Assembly: GCF_036321535.1 (NCBI RefSeq)
Contig: NC_087437.1
Span: 36,644,001-36,708,000 of the forward strand
Source: Camelus dromedarius
Taxonomy: Eukaryota
DNA: 64,000 nucleotides
Direction: 5' to 3'
Of this stretch, positions 12,558-25,370 are shown piece after piece. The position numbers were made by a program, and so were the translations under genes. The notes under the pieces are model-generated. The model ran no database searches, was not told the origin of the DNA, and worked only from the letters and a program-made list of their open reading frames with translations. The stretch's first letter is position 1, and every line of letters begins with the position of its first letter.

Positions 12558-14559
12558 AGTTGTCAAGTTAATAGTTTAACTCATGTTACTTACGGATGAA
12601 AGTAGGAAATATAATTCAAACGTTTGGACTTTGTTAACAAACCTCTCCTCTCTCTCTCTTTCCTTTTATGTGTATACACACACACACACAGACACACATA
12701 TACATACAAATGTATGTACATGTGTACGTCTATATTGCGAATCATATTTCAAGATCTGAAAAGCTCAAAATTATCTATGCCAAAAATCATTTGCCCTTGT
12801 TTGCTCAAGGTAGGAATTGGTAGTCTAGGATCTTCAGTCTACATGTCTTTCAGTTTGTAATGCTACAGAAATTGCCCTTGTATTACAAATCATTGCTGCT
12901 AAAGTGGTATTTTATACGAAAAAATAATTCTAAAACTATATATCAACTTACTGAAACACACAAATGAAGCATAAGACTGATTTAATTGCATTCAGTGGAC
13001 AAAAGTTATATATCTGATATACATATAAATAACATATAACATGGTATATTCTGAGGCCCATTAAATTTCCTCACCTATGGTATAATAGGATTACGTATCA
13101 AAATTCACATGATCAGCTTATTATCTGTTTATTATTAAACATCTCTGTGTCTGTTTCTGCTTTATGAATCCAAAACTTCTACTTTTCTTTTTCTTGCTCT
13201 TAATTTGTAACGATAGTTTTCTTCTAATTTCTTAAGTATAAATTCTCTTCGAATTTAAAACCTTTAAAAATATAGCTAATTACTCATTGGAATTTCTTAC
13301 CCTATTAAGAGAGATTCCAGCTATTTCTTAGTTAAAACATTCTTTTGAGGGTCTTTGTTTCGGGGAGGAGGCATAATGTACAGGAGTTATTTATGGCCTT
13401 TTTTTCTTATTTGGTTTAAGAAGGCTGCTGTTTTGAAACAATCCAGGTTATTTCTCAATACCATTATCCAAACAATCTGATACTGTTTTATTAAAGAATC
13501 AGTTGGTGTTGGTCTTTGTTTTTACATAAAGCAAACACCTCAGGAGTTCTCTCTGTACTTAATAACTAAAAATGAGGCGTGATGAGAAACCCTTCCTGAG
13601 AGGGAACTTCCTAGTCAAAATGCTGCAGGGTTTTTTCTCTTTGACCAAAGCACTCTTAAAAACTCACTGGGAATGTAACCTTTCTTTCTGTGGCAGAAGT
13701 TAAAACTCCGTAAATCAGATGTGTGTATTCCATGCTGAGTTTAAAAGCATTCTACTGATCCAGAATATTCAGTAGGACTTTTTCAGTGGTAGAAAGTCCC
13801 TTGAGGACTCTTAAGTTTAATGAAACTGACTGAGGTTTTCTCAGGCTATGTTTATGCTTCAGCTGCTGAAGATTTGAAAGTGTAAAAGTACTTGAGTTAT
13901 GATTTTCATTCTTAGAGTTTTTGGCTGAAAAGAAGTTACCTGGATTACAATACAGACTGAATTGTTGACAAGGTTGAGACATAAGCTTGTGGAAAGGAGC
14001 CCAGCAATAAAAATGTGATTACCAGAGAAAGAAGGAGCTGAGTAATTGTCCTAGGGAAGGATGAAGGTGAAGTAACTAAATAACAACTGAGATGTTTACT
14101 GTATACTTGATGTCCACGTCTCAGTGGAACATGCTTAGAAAATTAAAATTGAAATGAAATTCTGTGTTTATCAGGATATGATACCGTAGGGGGAAACCAG
14201 CAACAAAATCAATACCTCTCTGACACCATAAAAAAATATCAGTGGTCTTTAAAACACCGAAGTAATATCTTCTTTGTATTACATGTGTCAGCAAGTGGGC
14301 TGTATTCCAGTCCTCTTGGAATCTGAGGCAAGGTTGACAAGAGGATTCCCTTCTTAAATAATACTGTTAGGCCAACAGATGCCTTCAGCATTTCCTTTTG
14401 TGGGAGAAGGAAAAATGAAGAATAATACAATGCTTTATAATACTTCAACTCGAAAGTAACGTATACCTCGTGCCCAGAAAAAAATATGAACAATAATTTT
14501 TTAAATGTGTCTTTGAAAGACACTTTAATAAAATTAAAAATCAAACAATATTCTGAGAA

Positions 14560-15480
14560 AAAAAATTTAATAGTGTCTGGCAAAGGACTTATATTTTTAA
14601 TTTAAAAAGAATTCTTATAAATCAATAAGAAAACAAGTACATTAATAATTGACAAAGATTTGAAGAGACACTATACGCAAGAAGATACAGAAATGGAATA
14701 AGCCCATGAAGAGATGCTCAATATCATCGATCATTAGAGAAGTGGAAAGTAAATTAAAATGAGAAACCACTACATATCCCGTAGAAGAGCTGAAGTTAGA
14801 AGGACTGAAAGTACCAGCTTTTGAAAAGAATGTGAAGAAACTTTAACACTTATATATTGCTGGTGAGAGTGTATAATTATAAAAGCAATTTGGGAGAGAG
14901 GTTGGCAGTTTCTTATAAAATTAAATATGCATTTGTCCAGTGACCTATTATATCCATTGTTAAATATTTACTCTAGAAAAAGTGAAACATGCATACAGGC
15001 GAAGACTTAATTCAAGAATATTCATAACATATTTATTCCTACTGGCTAAAATTTGGACACAACACATGTCCTTCCATAGAATAGAAAAACAAACCTCGGT
15101 GTATCCACAAAATGGAATAAAATTCATCAGTAAAATGGAATGATGATATACCAATAAACCCTACAATATGGAAGGAACTCATGTCGTAATACAGTGCAAA
15201 AGAAGCCAGAAATATGATTATATGATGTATAATATAATACATATGGAATCATAATATAGGGGTATCTAATTTACAGTGTTAGAAAGCACATATGATATTG
15301 TCTGGGGCTAGAGAAAGAGCAAAGGAGATTTTCTACAAGGTAGAATAAGGGATATAGTTGGCGTGATGGAAATGTCCTATATTCTGATTGTGGTTATGAT
15401 GAATTGGCCATCTACATTTATTGAAATCCATCACCTATGCACTTAAAATATGCACTTTACTGTATATAAATTGTACATGT
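14560..15480 (+). mobile_element. L1MC/MB-type 3' end
   Basis: CATGAAGAGATGCTCAATATCA, TTGGCAGTTTCTTATAAAATTAAA and GGAAATGTCCTATATTCTGATTGTGG motifs. Confidence 0.85.
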
Positions 15481-15681
15481 AAATGTATGCATGTACAAAT
15501 AGCAAAGAATTGTAGTATACTCAAATTGGACAAATGTATGTTATCATTGATGTATAAAGATGTATACATATTTTAAAGATTAAATTTAGCTTAAAATTTC
15601 TCATGTTACAGTGAAAAATAAATAGAAAGGTTTATACTCTTCTTTTCTTGAATCTTAGTACTCACAAAATCTATTTTTCCT

Positions 15682-15961
15682 GTTTTATTGAGATAATTGA
15701 CATATAACATTGTAAAATTTTAAGGTGTACAACATAAGTGGTTTGATGTTTCACTTCCACAATTTGTACTCACACGTACACACACACACACACACACAAA
15801 ATGATCTCAAAAATAGATATTCTGTTGCTAAGAGAGTAGATCTGAAAATGTCTTGTCACAAGAAAAATACTGTAACTATGTGAGGTGATGGATGTTAACT
15901 AGACTTAGTGAAGTAATCATTTCACAACATATACATATATCAAATCACTTATATTGTACAC
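15682..15961. mobile_element. L1MA9-like 3' end split into a minus-strand piece (15682-15748) and a plus-strand piece (15824-15961)
   Basis: TTTATTGAGATAATTGACATATAACATTG is the reverse-complemented L1 terminus. GTTGCTAAGAGAGTAGATC...GGTGATGGATGTTAACT is the upstream 3' UTR in forward orientation. Confidence 0.85.
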
Positions 15962-16574
15962 GTTTGGAAACCTCTGTGGGCATCTTATATTAACCTCATA
16001 GTACTTCACTAATGTTTCATCATCGATGGATCATGTAATAGATGTCTTCGTTAGAGAAATATAGAATAAGAGTGCACTTTTTAAAAATTAGCATGGATAC
16101 TTTAAGTCCTAACATGACTGTGTCATTTTCTGTCACATTGAATGTTCTAGTAGATACCTTCACAATAGTTATTTAGTTCCTGGCTTAATAAATAAAATAT
16201 GTTCATAAATAAATTATTTTATAACTGTCATGATTTATCAGAAAATGCTAAAGTAGAAGCAGTTTTTCTTTGGAAAAAAATGTTGACTTACATGCTGGTT
16301 GCATATAAATTGTATGTTCATTTAATATCTTGACTTACTTGTCAGAGTGATCTGAATGTAGAAATCAAATTTACTTGAATTGAATCTTTGAAACATAACC
16401 AATGTAAGAAAAAACTACATTGGGGTAAAAAGATCACAAAGTTTCTTCTTGAAATACCATCAAATGAAAATTAAAAGGAATACATTAAACATTTCAAAAC
16501 GTAATTAAATGCAGTATTCAGTATTTTGGTAACATAGAGAAATTAATTGGCAAGATATTTTAGAAAAAATGGCA

Positions 16575-17043
16575 AATTAGTTGACTGTTGCTTCTGTAAC
16601 TACCTATCACAAACGGTGACTTAAAGCAACAGAAATTTATTCTTTCACAGTTCTGGAAGGCAGATGTCCAAAATCATTTTCACTGAGTAGAAATCAAGAT
16701 GTCATCAGGGCCATATTCATCCAAGAGGCTCTAAGAGAAAATCCATTTCTTGACTCTTCCAGCATCGTGTGGCTGCCTGCATTCTTGACTGTGTCCATAT
16801 CATTCATTCCAATCTCTGCCTCCCTGATATTATCACAATGCCCTCCCATCTTCTACAGAATATATTTTAACTCCTCCACTTGTGATTGCATTTAGGGCCC
16901 ACCCAGAAAATCCAAGGAATCTCTCCATCTCAATATCTTCATCTAACCATATGTGCAGAGATACTTTTTCCTCATAAAATTAGCCTCATATTCCAGGTAT
17001 TTGGACCTAATACATTTGGGGGACAATTATTCTGCTTAGAACT
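16575..17043 (-). mobile_element. MLT1C/D-type MaLR LTR
   Basis: TTAAAGCAACAGAAATTTATTCTTTCACAGTTCTGGA, GATTGCATTTAGGGCCCACCCAG and TTTGGGGGACAATTATTCTG motifs. Confidence 0.88.
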
Positions 17044-17449
17044 GTAAAAATTTTAACAGATGATTAGAACTTATTTTTTGTGTCTTTCAAAGAGAAACAG
17101 TGATAGCCCTCAGTTTTCCTCACAGATATGTCCTGCTTTCCTCCTTTTACTCACTTAATACATTTGCCTTTCCCTAGTGAGCTATAGCAAGACATGTTTA
17201 AATGACTTTGATCAAAGTCATGTTTGTCACTTTTGTGATTCATCATATTTCCTCATCTATAACACTGACCAGAGATTTTAAATTAGAAAGGCTCAGCCAG
17301 CCTGGGGCCATGAGTGCAATGTCAGAACCCCACTTTATTGTTCAGAAATAGAAATGTAACGTAAATCAGATTAACTACTTCATTGGTTTTTAACCTACAC
17401 ATCTTTGTATTGAATTAAATTAAAATTTATTTTATCTTATTTTATCTGT

Positions 17450-19335
17450 AGATTCCAACATGTATTTTTAACTTATTAAAGCCTACTTCTAGTTAATGTT
17501 GTTATCATTTTATGTATAATGTAAGATAGTGACTGTCCACTACAATTTACCCCTCCCTCTCATGGCTGCTGTTGTTTCCATAAACATCACAAGTACCTAT
17601 ATTAAAATCCAGTAATACAATATTACCAATTTTGCTTTAAAAACATTTTATATTTACCAAAAAATTCACTCCTACTGCAGCCCTCCAGTGGTTCTTGTAA
17701 TTCTGTTTCCATTTAGTGCTGATGTTCTTCAGACTCAGAGACTTCCTTTACATTCCCTGTGTGCAGGTCTACTAGCAATAAGCTCTTTATTCTTGTTTTC
17801 CTGGTCATCTTTAAACTTAATCTTCACAATTAAAAGGCATTTTAGATGGATGTAGATTTTTGTGTTGACATATTAATTTAGAAATGTGAACATGTTTTTG
17901 TGTTTTTATGGCCTCTATTGTCTTTTATGAAAAGTCAACTCTTATGTAAGTTTCCCCTTGTAGGTAATATGTCATTTTTCTCTTGATTCTTCCAAACTTT
18001 TCTTCATATTGTTGTTTTCAAAAATTTCACTCTTATGTATCTGGTATACATTTCTTTTTCAGTTTATCCTGCTTGCTATTTGCTGAGATTTTTGGATATA
18101 TTAATTTATATTTTTACCAAATATGTAAATCTTACAGCTGTTTTTTCCCACAATATATTTTTATACTTTTCATCACTCTCCTCTATTTCTGAGGATTCAC
18201 TTTTATGCAGATGTGACGATCTGGGAATACAACCAACCACTGAGACCGTTTCTTTTTTAAAAAATGTTTATGTTCCATCTCTCTGATACATAGATTGGGT
18301 AATTTCTACTGATCCATCTCAAGTTCACTGAATGTTTCTTCTATTTCAAATCTAGTGTCAGTTCTATCTATTATAATTTTTATTCCAATTATTTTACTTT
18401 TTAGTTATAAAATGTTATTTGCTTATTTTTATAGTTTTCTAAAATTCCTTATACATTCATTTATTATAATAACTATATTTTTCTTTTGTCCTTGAACATA
18501 TTTGTAATAGCCATTTTAAAGGCTTTTCACACTACCCTCATTGCCTGGGTCATCTTGGAGGCCATTTTTATTAACAATTTTCTTTCTAATTTTGTGTCAA
18601 CATTTTTATGCTTAATATGTCCAGCATTTAGTGGTTTTGTATTCTGAACATAGTTTACAAGTTGAAATTTTGAATTTTGTGGTTTTCTTTTGTTGACTGA
18701 AATAAATGCACAGCCTAAAAGTTGAGTAATGTTTTATTTGGCAGACATTTCTGAGGACTCGAGCCCGGGGTGACAGCCTCTCAGATGGCTCTGAGGGACT
18801 ACTCCAAAGATGTAGGGGAGGGGCTAGGATATATAGGAGTTTTACAACAAAGACCAGGTAGTCAGAACATTAAAAGATTTGTTAACTGAAGAAAACCAGA
18901 CATCTCAAGTTTAAAAATTTAGCACTTTTCTATGTATGGGAGGCAGGAAACATTAGGGCTCATTGAAATCATTGCTTTGTCAAGCATCTAGCTATCTAGG
19001 GCCAGTATCCTGTTCTTTCTTATTCTGAGTCCTCTCAGAGCGCACCATTGTTAGTGGCTGCAGAGGCCCGGCTGCGAGGCTTGTCTTCACTGTGGCGGGT
19101 GGCAGCATCTGACAACTTTATGGCTTGAGCATTCTTTGTATACTGGTATGGTTTGCAGTATTTTTCATTCACACTTTTAAGAATTGTTGAGAGTTTAAGA
19201 GTTTATTTACTGTTCATTTTATTTTTGCTGCCGGGTAGTTAATTCAGTAATGGATAAAGTAGACCCTTTTGAAATATATTTTAAAGGTTTTACTTGGGGG
19301 TTAGTGTATATAAAGATATGTTTTCTCTAGGGCTT
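17450..19335 (-). mobile_element. Old L1 (ORF1 region, L1ME/MD-like) interrupted by an ERV1 LTR
   Basis: T-rich antisense L1 motifs (GCAGGTCTACTAGCAAT, ATGAAAAGTCAACT, CAAGTTCACTGA). Confidence 0.65.
18691..19173 (-). mobile_element. ERV1-class solo LTR, intact, cetartiodactyl-type
   Basis: TG...CA termini, perfect 4-bp TSD CTTT (18687-18690 and 19174-19177), AATAAA on the minus strand at about 18733-18738, TATA-like TATATA at about 18830, and several CpGs retained. Confidence 0.92.
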
Positions 19336-21082
19336 TAGTTACTGTATCAAATCGATCATTATTTACACCTATTCCATAATGTAAGACAGTCACCTTGTTC
19401 ACAAAATGAAGTAGTCAAAATTTTTATTTTCCAAAGTCTCTTCTGGCATTAACATTTTAATTATCTCAATTTGAATATGTTTATAATAAATTTCTAAAAG
19501 ATATTCAAAACTTAAAAAAGAGAATCCTATCAATTATGCAAGGTTTTGTTTTTGCATATTTAGGCAAGACCCCACAATCTATATTTTCATGATAATAAAC
19601 ATTTTATTTATTTACTTTGTTGACTCCTCCCTCAGCATCCATTTCACTGAAAGTGAGTAATATATTACCCACTTTGGAGAATCCATTGATTTAACAGAAA
19701 TTGATTTGTGCATAGGCATGAGTTTTTCACATCTGACTGTTATCTAGAATTATCTTGACCATATTATTTCTATAGTGAGAATCTTCTGAAGGCATCAATT
19801 ATATACAGGATGCCAGTGCAGAGAGGTGGAAAGGATATCACATCATAAGCCCATTGAATTTTCCATCAGTCAGCTCCCTGAGGTGTAGTTGATGTGATAT
19901 GGCAACTCTAATTATTATCTAAGTATATTGAACTCAGTGTTTTCTGTTAATTGTGGCTTTCATCATTCTAACGTATACAAACCCTCTTTTTTTCAGATGC
20001 AAGAGTTAGAGGTAGCCCTAACAGGTTAAATTTTTACATTACTCTTTAAAGTATTTAAACTATTAGAGAAATTAATTATTAAACTTAAAGGCATATTTTC
20101 ATAAGCATTCCAATATTTACTATTTAAACTTTAAATTTATCTCATTTATATGTAAAATCAACTTAAAAATAAGCAAACCTTAGATTTGTTTTAAATGTGA
20201 AATTTATATTATTTCTGAAAACTAAAATAAGTATTAATTAATTTCCCCAAATTCAGGAAAATAATAAGGAATAGAATCATGATGAATACTCAGAACATTG
20301 ATTCATAATCTCTTTGCTTAAACACTATTTCATACTAGCACTCTGGCCATGAAGCAAAGTCATATGTCTTACTGACCATTTAATATAGCTTATAAAGGAT
20401 TTCTCAGATAGTTTCCAAAGAATAAGGAGAAAGAAAAATTATAGAAGTTATTTATATTACACTAAATTTTTAAAATAAGCTATTTTTCTTCATAGATAAT
20501 GAGAGTCACATAGGGCATGTTCTTCCCAGCTTTCTTGATTAAAAAATCTCATTATTGCTGAAAGTGTGTTCAACAGGAACAGTGGGTCAGGCTTATTTTG
20601 AACATGAAGGGGCAAATTTTAAGTCTATCATTTTCTGTAAACTCAAGCTGACAAAAATAAAATATCATTCCTACTTCTCTGAACTCCTTAATTTTATACA
20701 GATATTGGAGGAAAAGTAAATGGTCACCCACCTCAACTAATAGGGGGAGACTGAATCAGAAGAGATGAATTTAAAATCAGTAATAACACACCTACCCCAG
20801 CAATGCTAGAGCTAAACTGATGGTGATGAGAGTACTCAAGGAAAACTAAAACATGAAAAATAACAGTGATCAAGGGGTAAAGAAGTTCTTGTCCAAGAAA
20901 AAATTAGACTCAGGTAGCTTTGATGTTACTTCTTACTACAGGCAGGATGCACATGGACTGGATTTAGAGGCTAAATGTTTTTCAGAATCCACAAAGAAGA
21001 CCCTAAATGGAGCAGTATTGTTGCCCAATCTCAATATCTTGTTCCAGATATTTTGGGGAAAGTAATCATAGCAAGGATATGG

Positions 21083-22836
21083 ATCTCTATCAAATTACCT
21101 AGGACATTTTTCACAGAACTAGAACAGATTATCCTGAAATTTATAGGGAATCACAAAAGACCCAGAACTGCCAAAGCAATACGAAGAAAAAGAATGAAGC
21201 TGGAGGAATAACCCTCCCAGACTTCAGGCAATACTACAGAGCTACAGCAATCAAAACATTGATCTATGGATCAATGGAACAGAATACAGAGCCCAGAAAT
21301 AAACCTCAATTAATCTTTGACAAAGGAGGCAAGAATATACAATGGAGTAAAAACAGTCTCTTCAGCATATGGTGTTGAGAAAACTGGACAGCTACATGTA
21401 AATCAGTGAAGTTAGAATACTCCCTCACACCATACTCAAAAACAAACTCAGAATGGCTTAGACTTACACATAAGACAAGACACTATAAATCTCTTAGAAG
21501 AAAACATAGACCAACATTCTCTGACATAAATCTTAGCAATGTTTTCCTAGGATAGTCTACCCAGGCAATAGAAATAAAACCAAAAATAAACAAATGGGAC
21601 CTAATTAAACTTACAAGCTTTTGCAAAGCAAAGGAAACCATAAGCAAAACAAAAAGACAACCTATGGAATGGAAGACAATATTTGCAAATGATGAGACTG
21701 ACAAGGGCTTAATTTCCAAAACACATAAACCAACTCATACAACTTCATAAGAAAAAAAATAAACAACCCAAACCAAAAATGGGCAGAAGACCTAAACAAG
21801 CAATTCCCCAATGAAGACATACAAATGGCTAATAGGCACATGAAAAAATGCTCAATATCGCTAATTATTAGAGAAATGCAAATCAAAACTGCTATGAGGC
21901 ATTTGTAGGTATCACCCAAACCAGTCAGAATGACCATCATTCAGAAGTCCACAAATGATAAGTGCTGGAGAAGGTGTGAAGAAAAGGAAACCCTCCTGTG
22001 CTGTTGCTGGGAATGTAGTTTGGTGCAGCCATTAAGGAAAACAATATGGAGATTCTTCAAAAGACTAAAAATAGACTTAGCATATGATCCAGCAATCCCA
22101 CTCCTAGGCATGTATCCAGAGGTAACTTTAATTTGAAAAGAAGCATGCACCCCAATGTTCATAGCAGCATTATTTACAATAGCCAAGACATGGGAACAAC
22201 CTAAATGAGGATCGACAGATGACTAGATAAAGAAGTTCTTTATGTCTATGAGTCTCTTTGTGTTTTGTAGGTAAGTTCATTTGTGTCCTTTTTTTTTTTT
22301 TTAAGATTCCTCATATAAGTGATATCATATAGCATTTTTCTTTCTCTTCATAAAAACTTCCCAACAACAAAAAAGAAGTTGTGGTGCATTTATACAGCAG
22401 AATACTACTCAGCCATAAAAAGTAATAATATAATGCCATCTGCAGCAACATGGATGGACCTGGAGATTGTCATTCTAAGTGAAGTAAGCCAGAAAGAGAA
22501 AGAAAAATATCATATGATGAACTTATTTATAGAACAGAAACAGACTCACAGCCCTGGGAAACAAAGTTATGGTTACCAGGAGGGGAAGGAGGTGGGAAGT
22601 GATAAATTGGGAGTTTGAGATTGCAGATACTAACTAATATATACAAAATAGATAAACAACAGATTTCTTATGTATAGCACAGGGTACTATACTCAATATC
22701 TTGTAGTGATGTATAATGAAAAATAATGTAAAAATGAATATATATGTATGTGTATATATATGCTGTACACCAGAAATTGACACAACATTGTAAACTGACT
22801 ATACTTCAATAAAAAATTTTTAAAAAGAAAAGAAAA
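21083..22836 (+). mobile_element. Young lineage-specific L1, 5'-truncated (ORF2 C-terminus, 3' UTR and poly-A)
   Basis: ORFs read [55 protein letters not shown]...[12 protein letters not shown] and WCIYTAEYYSAIK...AATWMDLEIVILSEVSQ, all L1 ORF2p. AATAAA at 22808 is followed by an A-rich tail. Confidence 0.97.
22238..22371 (-). mobile_element. Nested short inverted L1 3' UTR fragment with 9-bp TSD
   Basis: AAAGAAGTT is duplicated at 22229-22237 and 22372-22380. The insert is mostly the reverse complement of the L1 3' UTR (GATATCACTTATATGAGGAATC...ACACAAATGAACTT). Confidence 0.85.
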
Positions 22837-22939
22837 TATGATCCTAGAGAAAATAAAATACTAATTGTTTTAGCTATCTGTGACTTAACAAGGCCAAACT
22901 GCTAAACATTTTGCCAGTATACCAATGACTTAAAGCTAG

Positions 22940-25370
22940 TTATGGCATTAACTACACTCAATATAAGGCATTATACACCCCAGTTAAGAAAATATGATTA
23001 ATCTAGATTAAGATAAAAGCCTATTTGTATGTTATTTTTAAAGGCAACCTTTAAATATAAAAACATAAAATGTTTAAAAGCAAAAGTATAGTGAAAAGTT
23101 ACACCTTTCAAACATTTACTAAAAGAACTAGTACCACTATGTTAATATGAGATAAAGATAATCTTTAAAAAAAGTAACACGAGAGATAAAGATTATAATT
23201 ATAAAAGGATCATTTCAATAGGAATACATAATAATTCTTAGTGTGCACAATTAACACAGTTGTTATATATAATGATAAAGTATATACAATAACTCAGTTC
23301 TAGTATTGAAAGTAGGGACAAATCTACAACAATATTTTGATATTTTTAAACAGCTCTCTCTTTAAGTGATAGAAAAACATAAGATTGTATATTAAACATG
23401 AATAAACAGCAGATTTCATTGAATCATGAAAATGCTTTTCAAAGGCCCATATTCCATTAACCAAAATAGATCATATCCTGAGTTATAAAGAAAATTAAAA
23501 TGAATGTAGAAATGATTTATACAGTACCCTGATGACTATAAAATTAAGTCAGATCTCAATAACAAAAAGATCATTAGAAAAATGTCCAGAAGTTAGGAAA
23601 TTAAGTTATACTCTACATAGTAAGTCAAAGGACAAATACCAGTAAAAAAATTAAATACCAATTAAAAGACAAAGATCGACAGACTTGGGGGGAAAGTCAA
23701 AATTTAACTATGTGTTGTATACAAGAAATTAACTTTAAGTATAAGGAATCAGATAGATTAAAAGTAAAAGGATGAGAACAGATATATCATGCCAATATTA
23801 ATCGAAGGAAAGATAAAATAGCTATGCTAATTTCAGAAAAGCTGCTTTCACAAAAAGGAAAATAATCAGGGATAAAGAAGGATATTACGTAATGATAATG
23901 AATCAGTTCTCCAAAAGATATAATCATAAATTTGAATACATCTAGCTACAAAGCATCAAATTAGATGCAGGTAAAACATTTTAGAAAATCCAGTACCCTT
24001 TCCTGATAACACACTCACACACACACACAAACACACACTCAGAAAACTAAGAATAGAACTTCCTCAACATGATAACGGGCATCTACAAAAAACCACAACT
24101 AACAAAATAGTTAGTGGTGAAAGACTTGATGCATACACCATTATCAGGAACAAGCAAAGGGATGTTCTCTTTTGAGCTGCTATTCAACATTATACTGGAA
24201 ATTTTAGGCAGAGCAATAAGAAAAATAACTCAGGATTGAAAAGAAAGAAGAGAAACTCTTCACAGATGACTTGATTATATATGTAGACATGGAGACCCAT
24301 GGAGACCACTAAAAAATATTACAAGGAATACACAGTTGCCTTCTGAATAACAACCAATGGGAAATTTTTTTCTCTCACCACTTTATTCACTGTTATACAA
24401 GAATTCTTAGCTAGTGAAATATGACAAGAAAACATATAAATATATACACATTAGAAAAGAAGAAATAAAGCTATTTTTATTCACAGATGATATCATTGTT
24501 TGTGTAGGAGATTAAAAAAAAAAAGGTGGAAAAACTCCTAAAATTTAATAATTAAAACAAAGTAACAGGGTACAAAATTAATGTTTTTTAAAAAATCAAA
24601 CATTTTCATATATAATAGTAAGGTACAACTGGACTATACCCTTTACAGTAGCATCCCACAGTGAACTATTCAGTTATAAATCCAACAAAATATGTACAGG
24701 ATCTCTACTGTGGAAAAGTTTGAAACTGGTGAAAGGAATCAAAAAGACCTAAGTAAATAAGAAATATTTCATGTTTGTGTAATGGAGGACTCAACAATGT
24801 TAAGATGTCAGTTCTTCACAGTTTATCTCTAGATTCAGTGCCATTGGATCAAAATTTCAGAAAGCTATTATGTAAACACTGACAAATTCATTCTAAGAAC
24901 TATGTGATAAGTGAAAAGACCTGGAATAGCCAGTGCAATACTGAAGAACAACAAAATTGCAATACTGAGGAACATACTTCTTGATTTCAAGATTTAATGT
25001 AAATCTACAGTAAGACAGCATAGCATTTGTAAAACCATAGACAAATAGATCAAGGATATTTGAGAATATCAAGGGAATAGATTAGAGAGCCCAGAAGTGG
25101 ACCTATTTGAATGTAGTCAACTGCTTTTTGAAAAAAAAACAATTAAATAGAAAATTATATTTATTTCAACAAAGAGTGCTGAGATAATTGAACATACATG
25201 TGCAAAAAAGAATTAAAAAAGAGCTTAAACATAGATCTTACACCTTTATAAAATTTAACACAAATTGGTTCATAGATCTAAGTATAAAGTGTAAAACTAT
25301 GTAACACTTACAGAAGAAAACAGGAAAAATCTGAGCAAGCACCTCACCAAAGGAAATATGCAATAAACAA
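22940..25370 (+). mobile_element. Cluster of old L1 ORF2 fragments (at least two or three elements, endonuclease and RT regions)
   Basis: Endonuclease-region motifs occur twice (about 22960-23600 and 23650-23980). The RT-region motif TTCACAGATGA(C/T) occurs at both about 24260 and about 24480. Confidence 0.75.

Noticed and set aside
13579..13600. Box C/D snoRNA-like GTGATGA...CTGA
   Set aside because: The boxes are only about 10 nt apart and there is no terminal stem, so it is too short for a snoRNA.
14239..14583. Longest ORF in the track (114 aa)
   Set aside because: Non-ATG start, composition biased to F/L/K as expected from AT-rich DNA, no recognisable domain, and it starts inside antisense L1.
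20853..21065. 70-aa ATG ORF upstream of the young L1
   Set aside because: No recognisable homology. The region looks like a highly decayed older L1 ORF2 fragment.
21070..22845. TSD for the young 1.75-kb L1
   Set aside because: Only a degenerate similarity (AAGGATATGGATC versus AAAATATGATC), not clean enough to call.
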